The notes: generated by a model not told the origin, from the letters alone. A stretch of DNA of 64,000 nt from Malacoraja senta (GCA_038087875.1 CM075993.1:9424001-9488000); one strand, 5' to 3'. Numbered from the stretch's first letter, positions 24,564 to 39,229 are shown. Numbers and translations: made by a program.

Positions 24564-25942
24564 TTCTTGGTTCTTGGTTTCTTGGTCCTCCAAAATATTC
24601 CAAATGGAATTTAAACTGGAGGTGGTGGAGGAAGGACTTAAGCCAGAAAGGGTTTTTGGGAAGAAAGAGCTACCTTAAATTTAGTTGCATCTGGTTGGGT
24701 AACTAAAGTAGGGTGGAGATTATTCCATGCTGTAATTGTGCGGGGGAAGAATGAATTGCTGTACACATCTGTCTTGGTAGCTGGAATCACAAATAGGATC
24801 GAATGCCCTTGTCTGCTCCTAATTGGTTTGGGTTAGGTGTAGGTCTTGTAATCTATGTCGAGCTGACCATTTAACATTTTGTAAAAACAGGTCAAACGGT
24901 GAGCTTCACGTCGGTCTTGGAGAGGGTTCCACCCCAGAGAATTCAGAAGTTTGGTAACACTCGCTTCTCTCTCATAGGTGTTAGTAACAAATCGAGCTGC
25001 CTGTCTTTGGACACGTTCGATGGAAGAAATGTTTTTATTTGTGTATGGGTCCCATGCTGCAACTGCGTAGTCCAAATAAGGTCTAACGAGGGTGAAGTAT
25101 AGCTTCTCCTTGACAGAAGTTGAACAATGATGAAAGTTGCGCCTCAGAAAATTTAGGACACCTGTTGCTTTCACCGTTGCATGATGAGTCTGACCATTCC
25201 AACGCAGATCATTCTGCAATTTGATGCCAAGATACTTGGTTTGTTTGGATTCTTCAAGGGTGGTACCAAGTATATTGTACGATGTTTCGCCTGGATTCCT
25301 CTTTCTGGTGACACGCATGGTTTCACATTTGGAAGGGTTGAACTGCATGCCCCATTGGTGTGACCACTCAACCATTGTATCAAGGTCCTTTTGGAGAGCA
25401 TCTTTATCATCAGCTGACTTAATTGGACGGTACAGCAAACAATCATCAGCGAATAGTCTGGTCGTGCTTGCGACTTTTTCATGGATGTCGTTTATGTAAA
25501 GCAAAAACAGATGTGGGCCAAGTACTGTGCCCTGAGGTGTACCACTCAACATTGGAGCTCTTTCCGTTCACACACACACGCTGAAGACGTTTTGTCAGGA
25601 AACTGGAATCGTTTCGTGTTGGAACGAATACCCTAGAAGTCAAGCTTCCGAAGCAGTCTCTGGTGTGGGATGACATCAAATGCTTTAGAAAAGTCCAGCA
25701 CTATTAAATCCGTGATGACATTACCATCAAGATGTTTGGCCAGGTCATTTGTCGTCAGGATAAGCTGAGACTCACATGATCTATGTCTCCTAAATGCATG
25801 TTGGTTGTCAGCAAGAATATTATGTTTGCTCACGTGTCGCATCAGATTACTATCAATTACATGCTCCAGTAATTTGCAGCAAGTACTTGTTAATGAAACA
25901 GGACGATAATTCGCTGGGTTGGTGGTTGAACCCTTCTTAAAG
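24564..25942 (-). mobile_element. Invertebrate-type CR1-clade LINE, RT and 3' end
   Basis: NYRPVSLTSTCCKLLEH, QHAFRRHRSCESQL, LDFSKAFD, SGTPQGTVLGP, RLFADDCLLYR, AARFVTNTY..ASVTKLLNSLGW..LQDRR; (CCAAGAA)n tail. Confidence 0.85.
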
Positions 25943-27289
25943 AGTTGTCTCTCCTTGAATCCCATGGGATTCTAACCTTCCAGAGCAGCCAACCATGTGG
26001 AACCTTGGTAAATGTCTTACTAAATCCATGTATACATTGACTACAATTCTGCCTTCATCAACATTTTCGTCCACACCTCACATTTCTCTGTATTAAATTC
26101 CAGCAACCATTCCTCAGCCCACCGCCCCAATCAATCAAGAACCTGCTGCAATTTTTGACACCCAATTGCACATAATTGCTGGGCATTGTCCATCTCCAAC
26201 TACAATGACTCTAACTACCTAACCTTGGCACAATTTTCCTCATCAGTATCCTGGGCAAGTGATGAAAAACTATCCATATGCCTGGATGAGTGAAGGGCAA
26301 TAAGATCAAGGGCAGCAAGCACAAGGGAAGCCATCAATTGTAAATGCACTGCATTTCAGCTCCCAACCTGAAACGTCATCTTTCCGTGTTCTTCAGGGAT
26401 ACTGCCTGACCTGTTAAGTTATACCAGCCTTCTGTGTCTTTTTTTGTAACCAGTTCTCTCCCTTCTATCAAAATGGTCTTGCACTTCAGGATCGATCTAA
26501 TAACAAAGGTCATGACCAGAGGTTTTCCATTATCTTTACTAACAGCATAAGAACATTAATATTAAATTAAAACACCTGTTCAGCTATCAATGTCAAATTT
26601 TAATTGTAACGTGTGTTGTTTCTTTTTCTGTAAATACTACCTGATCTGCTGTGTGTATCCAGCATTTTTTCTGAGTCCATTCCCTGCTAAACTGATGACT
26701 TCCATTTTTATCTTTTTGACCTACATGCTAGCAGACATTGATTTGATTTCCTTTTATCAAACACTACCCCTTGTACTTTTAAAACAACCTCTGGGACATT
26801 GAAAGTTAAAATTATCAGAACAAACGTAAGTTGCCTTGCTGAAAATTATCCATGTTTCAATTAATAATGTGAAAATTATGAACAGTCAAACAGAAGAAAT
26901 AGGATCTTAGAAATTTGCTCCATCAATTTGCTCCATCATTCATCAATATTATGGCCGATTTTGTACTTTAACACAATTTTTCGATACCATCCCATATCTT
27001 GAGTCCTTTAATATCAAAAAACTGCATATCTGTTTTAATAAGCCTACAAATCCCATCAGGACATTCTCAATCATCCAATTGACCTCGTTGTAGCCCTTGA
27101 ACAATTTTTTTATTTGCATTTTCTCTGTCAAGCTATATTCTGCACTTTATCTCCTCTTTTCCACTACCTGATACCTATGGTATGATTTGCTTGGATAACA
27201 TGAAACGCAAAGTTTTTCACTGTATCTTGTTAGGCATGACAATAATAAACAAGTATCCATACCACAGACAGGGGAAATCCTTCATGCAC

Positions 27290-27890
27290 CAGCCTACAAA
27301 GCTTTGCAAGAATTTTGTAAGTTTTAATAAGATTGCTTCTCATTCTTTTAAATTCTAGAAAATACAACACATACACCAAACCCATTATTCGTGGGATAAA
27401 TTATAGGGAATTTTCTGCATTCCCTTCATGACAAATATATTGCTTTTTAGGTCATTGAAAAGTTGTACACAACACTTCCGGTGCGTTCTTACCAAAGTTT
27501 TCTCTTAAGAAAGGACACTATACTATTTGACCTGAAATCCTTACCTCATGTGCATGTTTGCTTTATGTGAAGTGTGCAAGAACATCTAGGTCCTTTTGTA
27601 GATCAGTATTACCCAGTCCCTCACTATTTAAGAACTATTCTGTTTTGTGCCCAAGGGGGTAATTTCACATTTTACCCCCTTGGCCATTTTACCATGTTGT
27701 ATTCCATTTGCCATGCTCTTGCCCATTTGCACAGCATGTTCACATCCCTTGAAGCCTCTTCAATCAACCTCTCTTTTTAGAATCCCATCCATTTTTTAAT
27801 CATCAACAAAGTTGGGGAAATTACATTTGGTGTCTTCAGCCAAATCATTCATATAGTTCATGATGAGCTGGGGCCCAGGCACCAATTCCT
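27290..27890 (-). mobile_element. Old, degraded CR1 fragment
   Basis: Diverged similarity to neighbouring CR1 RT 3' regions (ttgtacacaacacttccggtgcgttcttacca, ccaaatcattcatatag..gggcccaggcacc). Confidence 0.5.
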
Positions 27891-29321
27891 GCCCTTTATT
27901 CATTTAGTTCATTTATTCTCATGGTATGCTGTATCTGTGATAAAAAAAATCTCAATCGTTATGTTAATCTAACATGGTATTTATAAGATAGCATTTATGA
28001 ACGTCATGGAACATTTCTTTGCACCCATTCAAAATATAATTAGAGGAAAATTGCAGTTCCAAAGCAAATATCTTGTAATTGCAGTGGATATTATTTAAAA
28101 TATTTTGTACACTTTTGGGGCCTCCTGAGGCTATGACTCAATGTTTGTGCAAGCATTCCAACAAGCCAAATGTCAGACTGGATTCAGGTACAAAATATTC
28201 CAGTGCCTGCACACCTACTTCTCCCGTTTCCCAAATGACTGTTCTAAATCTTTAGAGAAAAAAACCTTATATGCCATATATAAACATTAATAAACATAGG
28301 CAGTACTATATTCATGTACACATGCATTCTTTTATTTGCACAAACATACTCAAACACGCATATGCTTACTAAAACACCTACATACACATAAACACACACA
28401 ATACACAGTCAGATATGTTCCTGTTAACAGAATTTGGCGGATCACCAGAATACGTGCAGTTACTTGGCACAGAGGATAAAGCACTTCCACTCCTTTAGGG
28501 CAGATGGGGCGGCCTGCGTCTGGTTTTGTTGAGGCACTAATAGGGGAAAATTAGTGCAGAGGTTGGTGGATAAACTTTTAAATTAGAAATATTGAAGCAA
28601 CAACAAAATATCACAACAGCTGTGGTTGAGGTGCACTATGAATCTGTTGAGATTAGCACCAACTCATAGATTTGTCTGTCACATTAACTATCTCTCTGGT
28701 GATTTATATACTCTAGTGGCAGTCAGTTCAATAGAATGTCAAGGTACTATCTGCAGAGTCCATAGTTTGTATATCTGGACATATACCTGAACCCGACAGA
28801 AATTGAATTAATGTGGGGATTCTTAGTAAACCTCTGCAGAGCAATCTGGGAGACAATCAACTGGAATCATTATTGGGGGGTTCAATATATAATGGTAGTT
28901 CTCCATTGTAGGTTGCAAGTGAGCATCAGTAGAATTATACAATTCCTGTCCATCGCTGGACGGATGCCTCAACATTTTTAATGATGTAACTGCACTACAT
29001 TAGTTTTTTTTCAATTTCATAAGTTTAAATAGTAACTTCCAACCATCTATTAAACTGAATGCATAACAGGTATTAGTGACTATTGCACTAGACTTGATAG
29101 GTTCTGAGGAATCCAATAAGCACGAGTCGGAGAATGGAACCATTGCATCTCCAATCTTTTTTTGTGACTGCACTGGCACTGGCACTAAAGTCATTTTCTT
29201 TTAGGCAGACCCTCGGGATTTCCAACTCCAATTTTCTGGATTGTAAGACGGTTGATAAGGTCAATGTGGAAGTTCAGACTATTCCATGTAGTGGTAAATG
29301 AGATGGGCAGGTAGGTAATAA

Positions 29322-29421
29322 AAAGGAACTGCAGATGCTGGTTTATAGCAGGCATCATCTCTGGAGAATTCTCCACAGATGCTGCCTGACCCGCTGAGTT
29401 ACTCCAGCATTTTGTGTCTAT
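29322..29421. mobile_element. Inverted pair of Penelope pLTR fragments
   Basis: aaggaactgcagatgctgg...catctctggagaa|ttctccacagatgctgcctgacccgctgagttactccagcattttgtgtcta. Confidence 0.7.
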
Positions 29422-31954
29422 ATTTGAGCAGATAGGTTGGTTGATGGAATGATGAGCTAGTCAACACCTTTCATCTCCAATGCAGGGCCTCTGTGTGTTC
29501 CTGATTCTTGGATTCAAAGTTCTCAATGTCATTGCAGATGTACTTTCTCCACACTAAACATTCATGAGCCAGAGATTCCATGGAGTTCAGTGGGAATGTT
29601 GCATTTCTTCAAGGAGGCTTTGATCAAATGTTGAATCTTTTCTACTATCTACCTGATTATCTCTTCCCATGATAGAGTTTGTTTCAGACATGAAAATGTG
29701 TGCCCTGCCAAGTGTAGCTGCTGAGTGTAGCTAGGGGCTCAGTACAGGGAATGTTGGCGTGGGAGGGTCTACTGATGTTGGTTCATATATCTTGCCAGTG
29801 GATTTGGAAGATTCTGCAGAGACAACTTTGGCAGTGTTGTTCCCAAACCTTGAAGTGCTATCTGAAGGTAGTGCTTGTCTCAGAAGCATATAGGAAGGCA
29901 GGGTTAACAGGCCTAGACTATCTACAGGTTTTGTGCCAGATAAAATACCTTAATTTTCAAATACCCTCTAATTCATTCATCCAAAATCTGTGTGGTGTGC
30001 TGAAGGCAATGGTGATTTCATCATTAAGTCAAAGCTGTATAATCGCAATTTTAAAAATCAGCAGGGCAACATGATGGCTATCGTTGTTAGCGGTAGTACC
30101 ACACAGCTTCAGCAACTCAGGTTCAATGTTTGAATGATACTTTATTGTTGTGTATACCTAAGTACAGTGAAATTCTTTTTTTGCATACAGATACATTGCA
30201 TTTAATGTAGAACTTGATGGATGTCTCAAACCAAAGCAGTTTAACAATTCATTAATGTTGTACTCATTTATCAGTGTTTACATCCTGAAAAAAAGACCGC
30301 TGCTTTACAATCATGTAATACAAAGGAGTTATATCAGTTCCAATAAATTAAACCAGGTATCATGCCACATGAAACCAATAGGGAATGTGAAAACAAAATT
30401 GGTCCACAGATTTCTGAACCCTTGTGAAAATAGAGGCTCCAAATGAAAAGACTGTCCACTGACCCACTGAAAAACAGTCAGGAAGATATAATTTCTGTTT
30501 AACATTAATTTCTTCAATATATGTAGTACATAACTCTTGTCTCAACACTGGTTTTCTGCCAGTGTCAAACTTGCATACAACATACGTCATACATCAGCAC
30601 AAGAACAGGCCCGTTGACCCACAATGCCTGTGCCACACATCTGACCAACTCTTATCTGCCACAATCATATCTGTCTCAACCATCACACCTGGCAGCGCGT
30701 TCTTAAACTTTACCCCTTTATTTTTATATTTAATATTTCCATCCTGGGAAAAAGGTTCTGACTGTCCATCCTATTAGTGCCCCTCATAATTGTAGATACT
30801 TCTATCAGGTCATACCGCAACCTCTGGCGTTTCTGAAAAAACAATCCAAGTTTGCCCAACCACACTTTAAAAAACATTGATTATTGGAGAGTAAACCCAA
30901 TGATTTGGGTGAGATTTTGTTTATTACTATAATTTCTGAGAAATAATAACATTTTAATAATCTCACCCAAAAAAGAAAATGTCACTTAACATGACCAAAC
31001 TTCTTAATATAACATGTTCATTGGACTTTGATTGGTTGCAGATGACCAAAAAGGAATTAATAAAATGAACATTGTATTGAGATAATTTAAGATTATTGCT
31101 GAAGATCTCCCATTTTTAAAGATTCTGGCACCTCTAATTTCAAAGTCTACACTTTAAGAGTACATTTAGCTGTGGAAGTAGTGGAAAGGATAGATTGGAT
31201 ATTAGATTTGTTTGTATTAGAGGTGGACTATAACCATCTTCCATCCCACAAGTCATTCAGTTTCATTTACTCTAGCATTATAAAACTTCCGATGGGATAG
31301 AGATGGGTGGGTAGAAGGAACCATGGGCACAGTGTTGTGACATGGTTGGTGGTTAGATTTCATGTATTTAAGGTACTGCGGGTGTTGATAGCACCCCTCC
31401 CCCACAACTAGTTTCAGGGAATTAATATAAAGGCAGTTGATTTTCATTTCAATTTTCAAAATCAGAGATTCCATATTGAGACGTGAGCAAATAATGCATT
31501 TTCCAAAGTTAACTGTTGACATAGGAACAATCACCTAATAGGTAAATTTTGAGAAGAAGAAAAGTTTTTTTTTATTGGAACAATAAAATATAGTTCCATA
31601 GTTTTATTGTTACACCAAACACATGGACTTTCAAATAAAATAATCTGAAATAATTTACATATTGTTGGCCAAATGAACTACTAATTCTACTCTATATAAT
31701 TGCAAGTTCTCTATCACCCTTCATTCATTTATTTTTCCTTTTGTTCCTTTTTCACTGTCGTTTATTTATTCTCCATTTCCAACCCACTTTGACAACCATG
31801 CTCTTTCTGTGTTCTTTGTCCCTCTCTATTCTATGTGCCAGCATGTTACACCAAAAATAGAAAAGTAAAGAATATTATATTCTTGTTTTCTTACCATCTA
31901 GAAAGACAAATGGCATTTGGCCTATTGTGTCCATGTTGGCTCCCAGAGCATTTC

Positions 31955-33452
31955 TTTAAATCCATTCTTAAAGAAACCTGGTCTTGATCCCTCCTCTCTC
32001 ATTAACTACCACCCTATCTCAAACCTCCCCTTTCTTTCAAAAACCCTGGAGCGTATCGTCGCGTCACAACTTCATTCCCACCTCCTCGCGTATAACCTAT
32101 TCGAACCGCTCCAATCTGGCTTTCGCCCCCTCCATAGCACAGAAACTGCTCTCCTCAAAGGCCTCAACGACCTCCTCACCTCTGCTGACACTGGTTTCCT
32201 CAACATCCTCATCCTCCTCGACCTGAGTGCAGCCTTCGATACCGTGAACCATAACATCCTGCTTACCAGACTTAAAGACCTTGGCATTGAAGGTTCTGCA
32301 CTCAGCTGGCTCCGTTCCTACCTTTCCAACCGATCCCACTTCATCTCTCTCCATAACCACACCTCTGCCACAGCCACTGTCACTCAAGGCGTTCCCCAAG
32401 GCTCTGTTCTCGGTCCCCTTCTCTTCATCATCTACATCCTCCCCCTTGGTCATATACTCCGTCACTTCAACATGGACTTCCATTGCTATGCTGATGACAC
32501 CCAGATCTATCTCAGCACCAAGTCCCCCCACCACCCCCCCTCTCTCCCATATCAACTCCTGCCTGTCAGCCATCAAATCTTGGATGCAACTCAACTTCCT
32601 TAAATTAAACAGTAACAAAACAGAATTTCTCCTCATTGGCTCCAAATCAACACTTACCAAAATTAACAACCCCACTCTCACTATTGACGGCACCACTGTC
32701 TCCCCATCTCCTCAGGCCCGCAACCTTGGCGTGATCTTTGACTTAACCATCTCCCTTGAGCCTCACATCCGCAATGTTGTCAAAACATCATTTTTTCACC
32801 TCCGCAACATTGCCAAAATCAGACCCTCTCTCACACCCCCCGCTGCTGAAAGACTCATCCATGCCTTCATCTCCTCCCGACTGGACTACTGTAACTCTCT
32901 TCTCTTTGGCATTAATTCCAGCAACATCAACCGACTCCAACTGGTCCAGAATGCAGCCGCTCGACTCATCACCCACACCAAATCCTGGCACCACATCACC
33001 CCAGTTCTCAAAGAACTTCACTGGCTTTCCATTTCCCACTGGATCATCTACAAAATCCTGGTCCTCACCTACAAAGCCCTCAACCACCTGGTCCCCCCTT
33101 ATCTCACTGACCCCCTACCAACCCTCACGGTCCCTCAGATCCACATCAGCCGGTCTCCTCTCCATTCCAAAATCCAACCTCTGCACTTTTGGAGACAGAG
33201 CCTTCTCCAGGGCAGCTCCCAGGCTCTGGAACTCCCTCCCACAATTGATCCGAAATTCTGAGTCCCTCACCATCCTCCAGTCCCGCCTCAAGACTCATCT
33301 CTTCACCTCTGCATACCCTGTCCCATGTCCCCCTCCCCTTTGCATCTCTGTCTTACTGCTCTATTTTGTTTTGTTTTTGACTCTCCATGTAAAGCGACTT
33401 TGAGTCCTTGAAAAGCGCTATACAAATAAAATGTATTATTATTATTATTATT
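31955..33452 (+). mobile_element. L2 LINE, 5'-truncated, RT nearly intact with 2 frameshifts
   Basis: [68 protein letters not shown]; tail aaaagcgctatacaaataaaatg(tat)n. Confidence 0.95.
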
Positions 33453-33949
33453 CCTCACTTATTTCCAGTATTCTACTCTGTTTCTTGTGCTTGTCAACTT
33501 CACCCTTGTTGTCCAGCCATGATAATTTACAGCAGCTGATTAACTTACCAACCAGCATGTTTTAGGATGTGGAAGGAAATTGGTGCACCCCAGGGAAATC
33601 CAAAAGCTCACTGGTTGCTGGAACTGTGAGGCAGCACCACTAACCACTGCACAGGTGGTTACCCAGAAGCAGAGCTGGAAATATTTGTGTTAAGTGCGAA
33701 TAGAGTAAGTAATATTGTGAGCAAGACAGAAACAGTCCTAGAAGGGATCAGTGTAACTATTCAAGTTCTGGTGAACTTAGCTGGGTGAGTTATAGGCATA
33801 AATAGCCTAGTAGGAATATCAGGTTAATATAATAACTGAAACGTGATTCCAAAATAAAGCAGGCCTCTATCCTTAACATTCCTAAATACAGGACATATGA
33901 AAAAAAGATAAACATGAAAGAAGCAGGGTGGCACTGCCGATTAAGAAAA

Positions 33950-35160
33950 ATATTGTGTCTTTCTCGAGAGAATGTTTCCTTAATAAATCAAAGACTGAAC
34001 TAGAGTCCCAGGAAAACCACACAGATTCCCGTCGATTGTGGCAGGGTTTGCATGCTATAATAGACCACAAAATGAAGTCAAGCAGTACTGCTGCCAATAA
34101 TGTGACCTACCCCATAGAACTCAAAATGCTCACATTGAACAGAAGGACATTGGAATTACTTCCTCCGCCCCAAAAGCTTTTGATGTACTTGTGCCCAGCT
34201 TCCTATCACATATGTCAGATCTGCCTTCCTGAGCGTGAACCCGTAGAATGAACTGGTACAACTGGACTCCCCAGCCGTGTCCTCAGGACCTGTGCGGACC
34301 AGCTGGAAGGTGTACTCATGGACATTTTTAGTCTCTTCTTACTCCATTCCGAAGTTCCTGCCTGCTTTAAGAAGACCAGTCATCTTGGTGCCAAAGAAAA
34401 CAACGTAGCGTATCTTAATTGCTATTGTCCAATAGCTCTGGCAGCTACCATAATAAAGTGCTTCAAGCAGCTGGTCAAGATACACATTTACTCATGCCTC
34501 CCAGACAGCATTGATCCACTGCAATTTGCTTCCCATAGCAACAGGTCCACGGCAGGCGCCATCTCCCTGGTCCTATCGTCACTGGATCGTCAAGATGACA
34601 AGGATGATAATTCAGACTTCTATTTAACGATTATAGCTCTGCCGTGAACAACATAATCCAAATCAACTCCAAATCCTGGACCTAGGAACCAGCACCCCTC
34701 TCTGCCACTGGATCCTCGGCTTCCTGAACTAGAGACCACAATCACGGAGGATAAGTGACCAACATCCTCCATGATAATTCTCAGCCTATTATAATCTTTA
34801 CATACTCTGATCTAACACCATTTTGCAGATGATACCAGCATAGTTGACCAGAGCTTAATGACATGGTGTCAAGATAACAACCTCTTCCTCACTGTCAGCA
34901 ATACAAAGGAACTAGTTATTGACTTCATGAAACGAGTAGTACACGCCCCAATCAACATCAGTGGTGCTGAAGTTGAGATGGTCAAGAGCTTCAAGTTCCT
35001 CGGTGTAAACATCACCAACAATTTATCCTGGACCATGCACATTGGAGCTATGGCCAAGAAAGCACACCAACGACTCTAATTCCTCAGAAAAATCAAGAAG
35101 TTCCATGTCTTCAACAACACTTACAATCTTTTATAGATGCACCATAAAAAAACATCCTAT
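33950..35160 (+). mobile_element. Old Rex1/Babar fragment
   Basis: RRLWQGL, LNCYCPIALA..IKCF, DPLQFA..NRST, WCQDNNL..NTKELVIDF, FKFLGVNITNNLSW. Confidence 0.8.
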
Positions 35161-35161
35161 G

Positions 35162-35860
35162 CTAGGTGTTCCATACCAAGACATATGAGATGTCCTCATT
35201 CTTTAGGGAACTGGGGTTCCCCTCTTCCATCAAAGATGAGTGCTCACACGGGTTTCTTCGATATCCTGCAGCTCTGCTCTTGCTCACCCTCCCCCCAGTC
35301 GCAACTGGGACAGAGTCGCCCTTGTCTTCACATTTCACCCCAACACACCGTCGCATACAGCACATAATCCTCCAACATTTTTGCCACCTCCAACGGGATA
35401 CCACCACTGGCCACATCTTCCCATCCCCAGAGGCCATTTCCTCCGCAACTCCCTGGTTAACTCATCCCTTCCCACCTAAACCATCCCCTCCCATGTACTT
35501 ACCCCTGCAACCGCAGGAGATGCAACACCTGTCCCTATACCTCCTCCCTCAACTCCATCCAAGGACCCCGACAGTCTTCTCAGGTGAGGCAGAGGTTCAC
35601 TTGCACCTCCTCCAACCTCATCTACTGTATTCTTTGTTCCAGGTGCGGATTCCTATATATCGGCGAGACGAAGCTCAGGCTCAGCGATCATTTCGCTGAA
35701 CACCTCCGCTCAGTCCGCCTAAATCTAACTGATCTCCCGGTTGCTAAACACTTTAACCACCCTCCCCCTCCCCTCCCATTCTCATACTGTCCTGGGCCTC
35801 CTCCATTGTCAGAGTGAGGCCCAGCGCAAATTGGAGGAATAGCACCTCATATTCCATTTG
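35162..35860 (+). mobile_element. Penelope-like element fragment (RT C-terminus and GIY-YIG endonuclease)
   Basis: QRFTCTSSNLIYCILCSRCGFLYIGETKLRLSDHFAEHLRSV..VAKHFN: GIY-YIG with CxxC..H..H. Confidence 0.9.
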
Positions 35861-37179
35861 GTGCTAAAAATCTGAAACAATTAATTCATAATTAACAGAT
35901 TTTTGGAGATTTTTTTGCATTGTATGGTAATAAATAGCAGGAAGCAACCCTAACATATAATTTTGCAGTAAAGAACAGTGTTGGCGTGGGAAAACTAAAG
36001 TTGTGAAAAGGTTATTGGCAATCATCTCCTTCACTAATTGAAACTACTAATAAATTGGTTGATACATGAAATGCGCTGCCAGGGGTGGTGGTGGAAGCAG
36101 AAATGATAATGTTTAAGATAGGCACGTGGATATGCAGGGAATTGAGGGATATGATTACATGCAGGCAGAGATTTGTTTAACTTGGTATCATGTTTGACAC
36201 AGACATCGTGGGCTGAAGATCCTGTTCCTGTGCTGTACTGTTCTAACATCTGCTGACTGTGGGAGACATTTATAAAAAGGTCCTTATAAAGTTTTTCTAA
36301 ACTAATTTGCACAAAGAAGGAATCTAACTCAAGAATCAAATGCTGTGTATGACAAGATTCCTTTCTCTGTTATTTTCTTTATCTAATTTTTATTTTATTA
36401 TAAAAATGTGGGAATAAATTGAGAAGCTACCCAGATACATCTGTTATAAATTATATTATTAGGAGACACCTCAAATATTGTGATGTGTATTGTGAGGATG
36501 CCAGCCTTTCAGATTCACCACTTTGAGCACCCTAATGAGTTCAGCATAGTGTTCATTGCCTGCTGTTTTGCTTCAAAACCAAGTTTAAGCCAAGAAGGAA
36601 ATCTGTGAGAGGGTGGAGAAGCAAAGTTTCAATGAATGTCGCACTGCCTAATTTGTTGGGTGTAACAAGTTCCATAAAGTCTCCCAGGCATTTTTTTTCA
36701 ATTAATTGCACCATTCAACATATATACCCACTTTAAATGGAAAGTGCAAGGCTGATTTGTATGCAAACTCCTGTTATAATCTTTTAATTCCAGAGTGCGG
36801 TTCTGTTTAACTCTATATTAATGTGCATTAAACTGAAAAAGATTTATCCATTGCTTTTTCCATTGAAAACATACTGTTGAGTTCTCATAAAATAAATACT
36901 TCCATTTGACTAGTGACAAAGAGAATTACTTCAGTGATTAAGGGTTGAAAGGTTTTCTTAAATTTAGATGAACTGGGCCTAATATGTGAAAGCTCATTCC
37001 TTTCTCTGGCTCATACTAAGGAGCCTACGCATGCAAAGTGTTTCCCTGCCTAATATTGAGAGGAAACACTCTGCTCAAATGGGCCTAACAAACTAATCCA
37101 AGTACAGAACTCTAAAAAAGTGACTATCGCCAATCTTCCAGAAAGAGGCCAACAAGCTTACCAAGAAAGACAGACATAT

Positions 37180-37640
37180 TTCTAAATGTTCTTTCATGAT
37201 TTCAGGATGCCCTAAAAACAAATAAATAAATATTATTAAAGTGCTGTCACTGATGTACTGCAGGAAACAAAACCAATGATTTGTGCACAGCAAGTATCTA
37301 TTGATAGCAATTAAATCAATTATGAGATCATCTGTTTTAGGTACTGCTCTAGGGATACATACTGCTCAGAGATTAGTTTAACTTGGCATAATGTTCGACA
37401 CTGACATAGGGATACATGGTGCTCAGTGCATGAGAGAGAACTGCCTTAGGCATTGAGTGATAACTTTACCTGAGAGGATAGAATGGGAGCTTAGAGTAAC
37501 ATATCCTTAGAAAGACAACACATCCAACAATACAGTATTTTAGCAGTATTATACCTACGTGGATTATGTGGTCGAGATCCCGGCGACGATTTGAATCCTC
37601 TGAGTCAGAGGCGAGAGCGCTGCCAACTGAGCCACAGCTG
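37180..37640 (-). mobile_element. DeuSINE (SacSINE1-like)
   Basis: Minus-strand head cagctgtggctcagttggcagcgctctcgcctctgactcagagg (tRNA A box), followed by a degenerate Deu-like core. Confidence 0.6.
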
Positions 37641-38379
37641 GCAGCAGATGAAGAAAATCATTAGGGTACTTTGATGCTTCATCAGCTTGAGAGAAACTTG
37701 TTTGTCTCAGAGCCTTTAAGGATATTTTTATGAACTCCATTAGTTTAATCCAGTCAGCATAATAAATTGAAATACAATCCTGTATTAGTTTAATATGTAA
37801 CTATGTACAGAGTTACTCGAACTGCATCAATGAGAGCTAGGTTTGAACGTAAGGATGTTACAATGGATCCATGAGCAGTGAAATATGACATCGCAATGCA
37901 GCTGGACCTTAGATTTATCTTCAGGACATTGAGATGCACGAAAAGAGGAGCAAAGCTTAGTTTAAAACCAATGGAAATAAACGTGAGGAAGGGTTGTAAA
38001 AAGGCAGCCAGAGTTAGCAATGTTATTTCCTCCCACGTCAAAACTTACCTCAAGCTAACTAACAAAACCTAAACGTTTATTATAATGTCCAAAAAGATGG
38101 GACCTACATAGTGAGTAGGAGAGGCTGTTTAGAATGAGAAGGAAGGATGCTACATAGAGAGATATTTGTAGAACACATGATGCAAAAGGCCATACTATCT
38201 TCTATTCCCAGCTCTTGAAACCATTATCCTGGTGGCCACGTTAAGTTAAAAGAAAAACTTTGAAACAAAAATACTATCTTTCACGACATTATACCAATAA
38301 CAGTAGATATTTCTCTTGCGGTCTGATTTTATTCATGCGTTTCCTTTCAGCATCTATTGCTAAGATATATCCAAAAGCT

Positions 38380-38875
38380 TTGAGAGGGGCAAATTTAAAG
38401 GGGTTGAGTAGGAGAGTGGTGGGTGCCTAGAACCTGCTGCAATAGTAGCAGTGGAGGTAAATATGAGAGTGGCATTTAGGAGCCTTTTAGATGTGCACAT
38501 CGATATGCAGGGAATGGAAGGATATGGATCACGTGCAGGAAGGGGAGATTATTGCAGGCAAAAGGTCCTGTCCTCGTGCTTTACTGTTCTATATATTATT
38601 GCACAGAGAATGAGATGTAGAAAGTGGATTACATGACAAAATTAACTAAACCAGGTTAGATTGGGTAGACGCACAGTCTCTTGCCCAGAGTAAGGGAATC
38701 GAGAACCAGAGGACATAAGTTTAAGGTGAAGGGGGGGAAATTTAATAAGAATCTGAGGGGTAACTTTTTCTCACAAAGGGCCAAATGAAGGCAGGTGGGA
38801 CCAGTGTAGATAGGACATGTTAGTCTGTGTGGGGAAGTTGGGCCAAAGGGCCTGTTTTCAAGCTGTATGACTCTA
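38380..38875 (+). mobile_element. Two short CR1 3' UTR fragments
   Basis: gaaccagaggacataagtttaaggtg..., gggccaaagggcctgtttt..ctgtatgactcta. Confidence 0.65.
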
Positions 38876-39229
38876 GGTTACGCCATTAAATTGTAGATTA
38901 ATCCATACTTTCTATATTTTTAAAAACATTGCCGAGATTTACCGTAGTTTGTGAAGCAGAAAGGCAAAACTACTTTCAGATTGACAGCATTTCCACAGTC
39001 TACGTTAAGCACCTGACATATGATCAGCACACAGTTAATACCTGAAAAGCCTTTTGGGGAAATCTTGGACAGGCTGCGTTTGTATCCACTGGAATTTCAA
39101 AGAGTAACACCAGACATTTAAGATGAGGATCTAGATGTGGAGAGGATGCTTTCTATTGTGGGAATATAGAGAACTAAGGATCATTATTTAGGAAAAAAAG
39201 TATTTGTCTATTTAAGATTTGAATGTCCC

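Larger units (their letters stand above)
22935..26162 (-). mobile_element. CR1 LINE (second subfamily) split by two younger insertions (23446-23992 and 24564-25942)
   Basis: CR1 3' UTR at 22935-23230; RT remnants at 23993-24560 (KCEVLNF, QRDLRVQVHSSLK) continue at 25945-26160. Confidence 0.8.

Noticed and set aside
28430-29300. Unique-looking sequence that might be coding (env-like or an exon)
   Set aside because: The frames I translated contain stops and show no recognisable motif or convincing splice-site pair.
31917-33403. Long ORFs (228, 326 and 215 aa) as a possible functional gene
   Set aside because: They are frameshifted pieces of one 5'-truncated L2 reverse transcriptase lacking the endonuclease.
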